NCBI RefSeq assembly: GCF_003790525.1
Contig: NZ_CP033635.1
Strand: one strand, 5' to 3'
DNA length: 64,000 nt
DNA from: Escherichia coli
GTDB taxonomy: Bacteria > Pseudomonadota > Gammaproteobacteria > Enterobacterales > Enterobacteriaceae
The notes beneath the pieces are model-generated. The model did not search any database. It saw only the letters and a list, made by a program, of their open reading frames with translations, and was not told the origin of the DNA. Within the stretch, counting starts at the first letter, position 1; each line of letters opens with the position of its first letter. The translations under genes and the position numbers were made by a program. This document shows, one piece after another, positions 1 through 8,190 of the stretch.

Positions 1-1
1 C

Positions 2-174
2 GCACTGGATATTCTGATTGCGTGGCTACAGGACAATATCGACTGCGAATCGGGAATTATCTTTGACAACGATGAGGATAGAACGGATTCGGCAGCACTG
101 TTGCCCTGTATCGAACAGGCCAGGGAGGATATCCGTATCCTGCGCCAGTTGCAGCTTCTGCAACAGAACCGGTG
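2..174 (+). CDS. 3' end of an island gene (start lies outside the window); acidic C-terminal tail, function unknown
   Basis: Frame 2 is open from the window edge to TGA at 172..174 (…ALDILIAWLQDNIDCESGIIFDNDEDRTDSAALLPCIEQAREDIRILRQLQLLQQNR*); a hairpin terminator follows. Confidence 0.45.
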
Positions 175-203
175 AGTCTTACTCACCAGACTTCATTCCA
201 CTG

Positions 204-236
204 ACGCCAGCCTGAACAGGGCTGGCGTTTTCATTT
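204..236 (+). terminator. Rho-independent terminator-like hairpin after the upstream island gene
   Basis: 9-bp perfect stem acgccagcc / ggctggcgt with 7-nt loop, followed by a T-rich tail (ttttcattt). Confidence 0.55.
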
Positions 237-259
237 ATCTGCAAAAAGGAATATCGATT

Positions 260-1126
260 ATGTCTGAAATCACAGCCCCCCGTCCGGAAGTGGTCAACGG
301 GCATACGGACGTTATCGGCTCAACCAGCATCCGCCACATTCTGGCTGTACGAAAGAGTGCGCTGCTGCAAATCGACACACTTATCCGGCAACTGGCAGAA
401 ATCTCGGTGCTGACGGAAAGCATCGGAGGTAAAACTGCACTGGACTGGGCCATGAAACAGGATTTTCGCTGCGGTTGCTGGCTGATGGAAAAACCGGAAA
501 CCGCAATGAAAGCCATCACCCGCAACCTTGACCGCGAAATCTGGCGTGATCTGATGCAACGTTCAGGGATGCTGTCATTAATGGATGCACAAGCCCGTGA
601 TACATGGTACCGGTCACTGGAGTACGATAATTTTCCGGAAATCAGCGAAGCAAATATCCTGAGCACGTTTGAACAACTGCACCAGAACAAAGATGAAGTG
701 TTTGAGCGAGGGGTGCTCAACGTTTTCAGAGGACTGAGCTGGAATTACAAAACCAATTCACCCTGCAAATTTGGCAGTAAAATTATCGTCAACAATCTGG
801 TGAGGTGGGACCGGTGGGGGTTTCATCTTATCACCGGACAACAGGCCGATCGACTTGCCGATCTGGAAAGAATGCTGCACCTGTTCAGCGGCAAACCGAT
901 CCCCGACAACCGGGAAAACATCACCATTCATCTGGATGATCACATCCAGTCTGTTCAGGGTAAAGAGGACTATGAAGATGAGATGTTCAGCATCAGATAC
1001 TTTAAGAAGGGCTCCGCGCACATCACGTTCAGGAAACCAGAGCTGGTTGACAGGCTTAATGATATTATTGCCAGACACTACCCGGAAGCCCTGGCAAGCA
1101 CAGTGAACAAAAGCCGCAAGGCATAA
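260..1126 (+). CDS. Hypothetical 288-aa island protein, function unknown (possibly DUF4942-like; unverified)
   Basis: Uninterrupted 867-nt ORF with AAGGAA ribosome-binding site 7 nt upstream of ATG; soluble-looking protein with no transmembrane segment or recognisable catalytic motif; sits between the upstream terminator and the ParDE module. Confidence 0.75.
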   Translation: MSEITAPRPEVVNGHTDVIGSTSIRHILAVRKSALLQIDTLIRQLAEISVLTESIGGKTALDWAMKQDFRCGCWLMEKPETAMKAITRNLDREIWRDLMQRSGMLSLMDAQARDTWYRSLEYDNFPEISEANILSTFEQLHQNKDEVFERGVLNVFRGLSWNYKTNSPCKFGSKIIVNNLVRWDRWGFHLITGQQADRLADLERMLHLFSGKPIPDNRENITIHLDDHIQSVQGKEDYEDEMFSIRYFKKGSAHITFRKPELVDRLNDIIARHYPEALASTVNKSRKA

Positions 1127-1165
1127 AAGAGGTATTTTACAATTCGCGAATATTAACTATTATTA

Positions 1166-1181
1166 ATTGATAGTAATCAAT
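1166..1181. promoter_or_regulatory. Palindromic putative operator in the parDE promoter region
   Basis: ATTGAT-agta-ATCAAT inverted repeat about 17 bp upstream of the parD start, next to a TATTAAT -10-like hexamer (1161..1167). Confidence 0.35.
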
Positions 1182-1197
1182 CGGCGAGAAAATAACC

Positions 1198-1461
1198 ATG
1201 CCTACCAGTGTATCCCTCAGTCCTTACTTTGAAACGTTTATCCGCGAACAAATAGAAAGTGGTCGGTACAACAATACAAGTGAAGTCATTCGTGCCGGAC
1301 TTCGTGCTCTGGAAGAACGGGAACAGCAGATAAAGCTTGAATCACTCCAGAGCGCCGTGGCCGCAGGCATCAACAGCGGTGAAAGTAAAAGTGCTGAAGA
1401 GGTATTCGGGCGACTGACGCACAAATACAAAAAGATGGCAGAAGGTGAACAGCCAATATGA
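1198..1461 (+). CDS. parD: Type II antitoxin, ParD family (ribbon-helix-helix)
   Basis: 87-aa protein MPTSVSLSPYFETFIREQIESGRYNNTSEVIRAGLRALEEREQQI… typical of ParD antitoxins; stop overlaps the next start (ATGA). Confidence 0.85.
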   Translation: MPTSVSLSPYFETFIREQIESGRYNNTSEVIRAGLRALEEREQQIKLESLQSAVAAGINSGESKSAEEVFGRLTHKYKKMAEGEQPI

Positions 1462-1784
1462 AACTGACTGTTTCACCATTAGCAGAACACGATCTTGAAG
1501 CTATAGGTGACTGGATCGCTCAGGATAATCCTGTCCGTGCAATCAGTTTTACCGAAGAGCTTTACCAACAATGTCTGTTGATAGCCGAATCGCCAGTACT
1601 CTACAGAGAAAGACCCGAGTTAGGGGCTGGGATCAGAGGTTGTTCGTATGGTCGTTACCTTCTGCTGTTCAGGGTACTGGATACTGAAGTTCGTATCGAA
1701 CGTATCGTTCATGGTTCCCGGGATATCAACAGGGTACTTGCAGAGCCAGACGACAAACCATCAGATCATTTCTGGCAGCCATAA
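1458..1784 (+). CDS. parE: Type II toxin, ParE/RelE superfamily
   Basis: 108-aa protein; 4-bp overlap with parD; size, basic C-terminal half and gene order fit a ParE toxin. Confidence 0.8.
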   Translation: MKLTVSPLAEHDLEAIGDWIAQDNPVRAISFTEELYQQCLLIAESPVLYRERPELGAGIRGCSYGRYLLLFRVLDTEVRIERIVHGSRDINRVLAEPDDKPSDHFWQP

Positions 1785-2031
1785 ACAAAATCTGTGCGTT
1801 AACGCTCCCTAACACAGGTAGCCAGGTATTTTATAAATCTCTGTATTTTGTTGTCACTTCGATTCCGCGATTCAGCATATCGAACCAGACAAAATGATTA
1901 CAACAAACCACAAGAAAGAGGGATTATAGCGTCAAAAGAATTCGAATTGCACATGGGGGCCTCATTGGTGGCCTCAAAAAGAACAAGGATAAAACAGTCG
2001 ATACAAAACAATTGGTTATATAACCAGTTTC

Positions 2032-2050
2032 ATTCCGAGTCCGGGCACCA
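2032..2050 (+). other. tRNA-Phe 3'-terminal 19-nt remnant (att core direct repeat, attR side); not a functional tRNA
   Basis: ATTCCGAGTCCGGGCACCA matches the acceptor/T-arm 3' end of E. coli tRNA-Phe including CCA; the 57 nt upstream (1975..2031) do not resemble the tRNA body. Confidence 0.8.
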
Positions 2051-2062
2051 AATTCATATAAA

Positions 2063-2088
2063 CGGACCTCCACGGAGGTCCGTTTTTC
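2063..2088 (+). terminator. Native pheU rho-independent terminator retained downstream of the tRNA remnant
   Basis: Stem cggacctc / gaggtccg with 4-nt loop followed by TTTTT, 12 nt after the CCA. Confidence 0.65.
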
Positions 2089-2666
2089 GTTTCAGGACGC
2101 CACAATTTAAGCGTTCTCCCTAAAAATCATTTCTACCGAACTCAACCAGATTCTCCCCACAACACCAGCATTTTGCGGGTATATCCCAATTCGGGGAAAT
2201 GTGTTCCTGAGCGATAGCACTGACTGACGTGAAATGTCGTGCGGCCCCGTGATGCTGTTGAACGTCAAATGACGTCATCAGGAGCGTAACGCATCCATAA
2301 AGCACAACATCGGTCTGAACGCCGACTGATAAGATTTTCTGAATGAGAACAAAGAGAAATGTATCGGTCCACTTGCTCATGCAAAGACTAACAATCCATT
2401 AAAATAGTAAGCGCTCCGGACAACTTTCCATGGATTATTTTCTGCACATTTTTCTTTGGCAAAGATGATGAATTTTGATGGTAAGGAAAATTACTTCTGG
2501 TTCTCAGTAAAATCCTTTCGTAATACTATGTAATCAAGAAGTTTATGGCGGGTAAAAATAACGTCTTGCATTCACCAATAATATGTAAATAAACCCATCT
2601 ATAGATGGAAAAAATAGATTATGGCAATTATCATTGCATCATTCCCTTTTCGAATGAGTTTCTATT

Positions 2667-4205
2667 ATGCAACAACCTGTAGTTCGCGTTGGCGAATGGC
2701 TTGTTACTCCGTCCATAAACCAAATTAGCCGCAATGGGCGTCAACTTACCCTTGAGCCGAGATTAATCGATCTTCTGGTTTTCTTTGCTCAACACAGTGG
2801 CGAAGTACTTAGCAGGGATGAACTTATCGATAATGTCTGGAAGAGAAGTATTGTCACCAATCACGTTGTGACGCAGAGTATCTCAGAACTACGTAAGTCA
2901 TTAAAAGATAATGATGAAGATAGTCCTGTCTATATCGCTACTGTACCAAAGCGCGGCTATAAATTAATGGTGCCGGTTATCTGGTACAGCGAAGAAGAGG
3001 GAGAGGAAATAATGCTATCTTCGCCTCCCCCTATACCAGAGGCGGTTCCTGCCACAGATTCTCCCTCCCACAGTCTTAACATTCAAAACACCACAGCGCC
3101 ACCTGAACAATCCCCAGTTAAAAGCAAACGATTCACTACCTTTTGGGTATGGTTTTTTTTCCTGTTGTCGTTAGGTATCTGTGTCGCACTGGTAGCGTTT
3201 TCAAGTCTTGAAACACGTCTTCCTATGAGCAAATCGCGTATTTTGCTCAATCCACGCGATATTGACATTAATATGGTTAATAAGAGTTGTAACAGCTGGA
3301 GTTCCCCGTATCAGCTCTCTTACGCGATAGGCGTGGGTGATTTGGTGGCGACATCACTTAACACCTTCTCCACCTTTATGGTGCATGACAAAATCAACTA
3401 CAACATTGATGAACCGAGCAGTTCCGGTAAAACATTATCTATTGCGTTTGTTAATCAGCGCCAATACCGTGCTCAACAATGCTTTATGTCGGTAAAATTG
3501 GTAGACAATGCAGATGGTTCAACCATGCTGGATAAACGTTATGTCATCACTAACGGTAATCAGCTGGCGATTCAAAATGATTTACTCCAGAGTTTATCAA
3601 AAGCGTTAAACCAACCGTGGCCACAACGAATGCAGGAGACGCTCCAGCAAATTTTGCCGCATCGTGGTGCGTTATTAACTAATTTTTATCAGGCTCATGA
3701 TTATTTACTGCATGGCGATGATAAATCATTGAATCGTGCCAGTGAATTATTAGGTGAGATTGTTCAATCATCCCCAGAATTTACCTACGCGAGAGCAGAA
3801 AAAGCATTAGTTGATATCGTGCGCCATTCTCAACATCCTTTAGATGAAAAACAATTAGCAGCACTGAATACAGAAATAGATAACATTGTTACACTGCCGG
3901 AATTGAATAACCTGTCCATTATATATCAAATAAAAGCGGTCAGTGCTCTGGTAAAAGGTAAAACAGATGAGTCTTACCAGGCGATAAATACTGGCATTGA
4001 TCTTGAAATGTCCTGGCTAAATTATGTGTTGCTTGGCAAGGTTTATGAAATGAAGGGGATGAACCGGGAAGCAGCTGATGCATATCTCACCGCCTTTAAT
4101 TTACGCCCAGGGGCAAACACCCTTTACTGGATTGAAAATGGTATATTCCAGACTTCTGTTCCTTATGTTGTACCTTATCTCGACAAATTTCTCGCTTCAG
4201 AATAA
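2667..4205 (+). CDS. cadC: CadC, membrane-integrated ToxR-like transcriptional activator of cadBA
   Basis: 512-aa ORF with N-terminal winged-helix DNA-binding domain, one transmembrane segment and periplasmic sensor domain; upstream of cadBA. Confidence 0.93.
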   Translation: MQQPVVRVGEWLVTPSINQISRNGRQLTLEPRLIDLLVFFAQHSGEVLSRDELIDNVWKRSIVTNHVVTQSISELRKSLKDNDEDSPVYIATVPKRGYKLMVPVIWYSEEEGEEIMLSSPPPIPEAVPATDSPSHSLNIQNTTAPPEQSPVKSKRFTTFWVWFFFLLSLGICVALVAFSSLETRLPMSKSRILLNPRDIDINMVNKSCNSWSSPYQLSYAIGVGDLVATSLNTFSTFMVHDKINYNIDEPSSSGKTLSIAFVNQRQYRAQQCFMSVKLVDNADGSTMLDKRYVITNGNQLAIQNDLLQSLSKALNQPWPQRMQETLQQILPHRGALLTNFYQAHDYLLHGDDKSLNRASELLGEIVQSSPEFTYARAEKALVDIVRHSQHPLDEKQLAALNTEIDNIVTLPELNNLSIIYQIKAVSALVKGKTDESYQAINTGIDLEMSWLNYVLLGKVYEMKGMNREAADAYLTAFNLRPGANTLYWIENGIFQTSVPYVVPYLDKFLASE

Positions 4206-4570
4206 GTAACTCCCGGGTTGATTTATGCTCGGGAATATTTGTTGTTGAGTTTTTGTATGTTCCTGTTGGTATAATATGTTGCGGCAATTTATTTGCCGCA
4301 TAATTTTTATTACATAAATTTAACCAGAAAATATTCCGTAATCCATTGTAAACATTGAATGTTTATCTTTTCATGATATCAACTTGCGATCCTGATGTGT
4401 TAATAAAAAACCTCAAGTTCTCACTTACAGAAACTTTTGTGTTATTTCACCTAATCTTTAGGATTAATCCTTTTTTCGTGAGTATTCTTAGCGCCAGTTT
4501 GGTCTGGTCAGGAAATAGTTATACATCATGACCCGGACTCCAAATTCAAAAATGAAATTAGGAGAAGAGC
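4206..4570 (+). promoter_or_regulatory. cadBA promoter region (Pcad) with CadC-binding sites expected
   Basis: 365-bp AT-rich spacer between cadC and cadB; individual binding sites not mapped from sequence. Confidence 0.4.
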
Positions 4571-5905
4571 ATGAGTTCTGCCAAGAAGATCGGGCTATTT
4601 GCCTGTACCGGTGTGGTTGCCGGTAATATGATGGGGAGCGGTATTGCATTATTACCTGCGAACCTAGCAAGTATCGGTGGTATTGCTATCTGGGGTTGGA
4701 TTATCTCTATTATTGGTGCAATGTCGCTGGCGTATGTATATGCCCGACTGGCAACAAAAAACCCGCAACAAGGTGGCCCAATTGCTTATGCCGGAGAAAT
4801 TTCCCCTGCATTTGGTTTTCAGACAGGTGTTCTTTATTACCATGCTAACTGGATTGGTAACCTGGCGATTGGTATTACCGCTGTATCTTATCTTTCCACC
4901 TTCTTCCCAGTATTAAATGATCCTGTTCCGGCGGGTATCGCCTGTATTGCTATCGTCTGGGTATTTACCTTTGTAAATATGCTCGGCGGTACCTGGGTAA
5001 GCCGTTTAACCACTATTGGTCTGGTGCTGGTTCTTATTCCTGTGGTAATGACAGCTATTGTTGGCTGGCATTGGTTTGATGCTGCGACTTATGCTGCTAA
5101 CTGGAATACTGCGGATACCACCGATGGTCATGCGATCATTAAAAGTATTCTGCTCTGCCTGTGGGCCTTCGTGGGTGTTGAATCCGCAGCTGTAAGTACT
5201 GGTATGGTTAAAAACCCGAAACGTACCGTTCCGCTGGCAACCATGCTGGGTACTGGTTTAGCAGGTATTGTTTACATCGCTGCGACTCAGGTGCTTTCCG
5301 GTATGTATCCGTCTTCTGTAATGGCAGCTTCCGGTGCTCCGTTTGCAATCAGTGCTTCAACTATCCTCGGTAACTGGGCTGCGCCGCTGGTTTCTGCATT
5401 CACCGCCTTTGCGTGCCTGACTTCTCTGGGCTCCTGGATGATGTTGGTAGGCCAGGCAGGTGTACGTGCCGCTAACGACGGTAACTTCCCGAAAGTTTAT
5501 GGTGAAGTCGACAGCAACGGTATTCCGAAAAAAGGTCTGCTGCTGGCTGCAGTGAAAATGACTGCCCTGATGATCCTCATCACTCTGATGAACTCTGCCG
5601 GTGGTAAAGCATCTGACCTGTTCGGTGAACTGACCGGTATCGCAGTACTGCTGACTATGCTGCCGTACTTCTACTCTTGCGTTGACCTGATTCGTTTTGA
5701 AGGCGTTAACATCCGCAACTTTGTCAGCCTGATCTGTTCTGTACTGGGTTGCGTGTTCTGCTTCATCGCGCTGATGGGCGCAAGCTCCTTCGAGCTGGCA
5801 GGTACCTTCATCGTCAGCCTGATTATCCTGATGTTCTACGCTCGCAAAATGCACGAGCGCCAGAGCCACTCAATGGATAACCACACAGCGTCTAACGCAC
5901 ATTAA
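4571..5905 (+). CDS. cadB: Lysine:cadaverine antiporter
   Basis: 444-aa polytopic APC-family transporter; conserved position between cadC and cadA. Confidence 0.95.
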   Translation: MSSAKKIGLFACTGVVAGNMMGSGIALLPANLASIGGIAIWGWIISIIGAMSLAYVYARLATKNPQQGGPIAYAGEISPAFGFQTGVLYYHANWIGNLAIGITAVSYLSTFFPVLNDPVPAGIACIAIVWVFTFVNMLGGTWVSRLTTIGLVLVLIPVVMTAIVGWHWFDAATYAANWNTADTTDGHAIIKSILLCLWAFVGVESAAVSTGMVKNPKRTVPLATMLGTGLAGIVYIAATQVLSGMYPSSVMAASGAPFAISASTILGNWAAPLVSAFTAFACLTSLGSWMMLVGQAGVRAANDGNFPKVYGEVDSNGIPKKGLLLAAVKMTALMILITLMNSAGGKASDLFGELTGIAVLLTMLPYFYSCVDLIRFEGVNIRNFVSLICSVLGCVFCFIALMGASSFELAGTFIVSLIILMFYARKMHERQSHSMDNHTASNAH

Positions 5906-5984
5906 TTAAAAGTATTTTCCGAGGCTCCTCCTTTCATTTTGTCCCATGTGTTGGGAGGGGCCTTTTTTACCTGGAGATATGACT

Positions 5985-8132
5985 ATGAACGTTATTGCAA
6001 TATTGAATCACATGGGGGTTTATTTTAAAGAAGAACCCATCCGTGAACTTCATCGCGCGCTTGAACGTCTGAACTTCCAGATTGTTTACCCGAACGACCG
6101 TGACGACTTATTAAAACTGATCGAAAACAATGCGCGTCTGTGCGGCGTTATTTTTGACTGGGATAAATATAATCTCGAGCTGTGCGAAGAAATTAGCAAA
6201 ATGAACGAGAACCTGCCGTTGTACGCGTTCGCTAATACGTATTCCACTCTCGATGTAAGCCTGAATGACCTGCGTTTACAGATTAGCTTCTTTGAATATG
6301 CGCTGGGTGCTGCTGAAGATATTGCTAATAAGATCAAGCAGACCACTGACGAATATATCAACACTATTCTGCCTCCGCTGACTAAAGCACTGTTTAAATA
6401 TGTTCGTGAAGGTAAATATACTTTCTGTACTCCTGGTCACATGGGCGGTACTGCATTCCAGAAAAGCCCGGTAGGTAGCCTGTTCTATGATTTCTTTGGT
6501 CCGAATACCATGAAATCTGATATTTCCATTTCAGTATCTGAACTGGGTTCTCTGCTGGATCACAGTGGTCCACACAAAGAAGCAGAACAGTATATCGCTC
6601 GCGTCTTTAACGCAGACCGCAGCTACATGGTGACCAACGGTACTTCCACTGCGAACAAAATTGTTGGCATGTACTCTGCTCCGGCAGGCAGCACCATTCT
6701 GATTGACCGTAACTGCCACAAATCGCTGACCCACCTGATGATGATGAGCGATGTTACGCCAATCTATTTCCGCCCGACCCGTAACGCTTACGGTATTCTT
6801 GGTGGTATCCCACAGAGTGAATTCCAGCACGCTACCATTGCTAAGCGCGTGAAAGAAACACCAAACGCAACCTGGCCGGTACATGCTGTAATTACCAACT
6901 CTACCTATGATGGTCTGCTGTACAACACCGACTTCATCAAGAAAACACTGGATGTGAAATCCATCCACTTTGACTCCGCGTGGGTGCCTTACACCAACTT
7001 CTCACCGATTTACGAAGGTAAATGCGGTATGAGCGGTGGCCGTGTAGAAGGGAAAGTGATTTACGAAACCCAGTCCACTCACAAACTGCTGGCGGCGTTC
7101 TCTCAGGCTTCCATGATCCACGTTAAAGGTGACGTAAACGAAGAAACCTTTAACGAAGCCTACATGATGCACACCACCACTTCTCCGCACTACGGTATCG
7201 TGGCGTCCACTGAAACCGCTGCGGCGATGATGAAAGGCAATGCAGGTAAACGTCTGATCAACGGTTCCATTGAACGTGCGATCAAATTCCGTAAAGAGAT
7301 CAAACGTCTGAGAACGGAATCTGATGGCTGGTTCTTTGATGTATGGCAGCCGGATCATATCGATACGACTGAATGCTGGCCGCTGCGTTCTGACAGCACC
7401 TGGCACGGCTTCAAAAACATCGATAACGAGCACATGTATCTTGACCCGATCAAAGTCACCCTGCTGACTCCGGGGATGGAAAAAGACGGCACCATGAGCG
7501 ACTTTGGTATTCCGGCCAGCATCGTGGCGAAATACCTCGACGAACATGGCATCGTTGTTGAGAAAACCGGTCCGTATAACCTGCTGTTCCTGTTCAGCAT
7601 CGGTATCGATAAGACCAAAGCACTGAGCCTGCTGCGTGCTCTGACTGACTTCAAACGTGCGTTCGACCTGAACCTGCGTGTGAAAAACATGCTGCCGTCT
7701 CTGTATCGTGAAGATCCTGAATTCTATGAAAACATGCGTATTCAGGAACTGGCTCAGAATATCCACAAACTGATTGTTCACCACAATCTGCCGGATCTGA
7801 TGTACCGCGCATTTGAAGTGCTGCCGACGATGGTAATGACTCCGTATGCTGCATTCCAGAAAGAGCTGCACGGTATGACCGAAGAAGTTTACCTCGACGA
7901 AATGGTAGGTCGTATTAACGCCAATATGATCCTTCCGTATCCGCCGGGAGTTCCTCTGGTAATGCCGGGTGAAATGATCACCGAAGAAAGCCGTCCGGTT
8001 CTGGAGTTCCTGCAGATGCTGTGTGAAATCGGCGCTCACTATCCGGGCTTTGAAACCGATATTCACGGTGCATACCGTCAGGCTGATGGCCGCTATACCG
8101 TTAAGGTATTGAAAGAAGAAAGCAAAAAATAA
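5985..8132 (+). CDS. cadA: Inducible lysine decarboxylase
   Basis: 715 aa from MNVIAILNHMGVYF…; PLP-dependent fold-type I decarboxylase with wing, core and C-terminal domains; ORF-track ORF trimmed to the recognised start. Confidence 0.95.
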   Translation: MNVIAILNHMGVYFKEEPIRELHRALERLNFQIVYPNDRDDLLKLIENNARLCGVIFDWDKYNLELCEEISKMNENLPLYAFANTYSTLDVSLNDLRLQISFFEYALGAAEDIANKIKQTTDEYINTILPPLTKALFKYVREGKYTFCTPGHMGGTAFQKSPVGSLFYDFFGPNTMKSDISISVSELGSLLDHSGPHKEAEQYIARVFNADRSYMVTNGTSTANKIVGMYSAPAGSTILIDRNCHKSLTHLMMMSDVTPIYFRPTRNAYGILGGIPQSEFQHATIAKRVKETPNATWPVHAVITNSTYDGLLYNTDFIKKTLDVKSIHFDSAWVPYTNFSPIYEGKCGMSGGRVEGKVIYETQSTHKLLAAFSQASMIHVKGDVNEETFNEAYMMHTTTSPHYGIVASTETAAAMMKGNAGKRLINGSIERAIKFRKEIKRLRTESDGWFFDVWQPDHIDTTECWPLRSDSTWHGFKNIDNEHMYLDPIKVTLLTPGMEKDGTMSDFGIPASIVAKYLDEHGIVVEKTGPYNLLFLFSIGIDKTKALSLLRALTDFKRAFDLNLRVKNMLPSLYREDPEFYENMRIQELAQNIHKLIVHHNLPDLMYRAFEVLPTMVMTPYAAFQKELHGMTEEVYLDEMVGRINANMILPYPPGVPLVMPGEMITEESRPVLEFLQMLCEIGAHYPGFETDIHGAYRQADGRYTVKVLKEESKK

Positions 8133-8145
8133 TTAGCTCGTACAA

Positions 8146-8173
8146 GGGAAGTGGCTTGCCACTTCCCTTTTTT
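8146..8173 (+). terminator. cadBA operon rho-independent terminator
   Basis: Stem gggaagtggc / ccacttccc with loop ttg, followed by TTTTTT. Confidence 0.7.
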
Positions 8174-8190
8174 GCTCATAAGGAGAACAC

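Larger units (their letters stand above)
1..2050. mobile_element. Distal end of a genomic island inserted in tRNA-Phe (pheU); extends beyond the left window edge
   Basis: Non-core genes (unassigned ORF, ParDE) lie immediately upstream of a 19-nt tRNA-Phe 3'-end remnant at 2032..2050 that lacks any tRNA body; K-12-like core sequence follows. Confidence 0.6.

Noticed and set aside
18-215. 65-aa ORF at the window start on the plus strand
   Set aside because: It is in a different frame from the longer open frame (frame 2) that runs in from the window edge to 174, and it spans the terminator hairpin; most likely a frame artefact.
235-720. 161-aa and 79-aa minus-strand ORFs antisense to the 288-aa island gene
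   Set aside because: Entirely embedded antisense to a better-supported ORF with a ribosome-binding site; Cys/Ser/Arg-rich composition typical of out-of-frame translation.
1975-2050. Possible complete tRNA-Phe gene
   Set aside because: Only the last 19 nt match tRNA-Phe; the preceding 57 nt cannot form a D-arm or anticodon arm, so this is an att-core remnant and not a tRNA gene.
2120-2380. 86-aa minus-strand ORF in the pheU–cadC spacer (considered as a possible integrase remnant)
   Set aside because: No ribosome-binding site and no resemblance to tyrosine-recombinase motifs that I can see; treated as non-coding spacer.
7002-8066. 354-aa minus-strand ORF inside cadA
   Set aside because: Fully antisense to cadA, a confidently identified and highly conserved gene; His/Arg/Phe-rich low-complexity translation.
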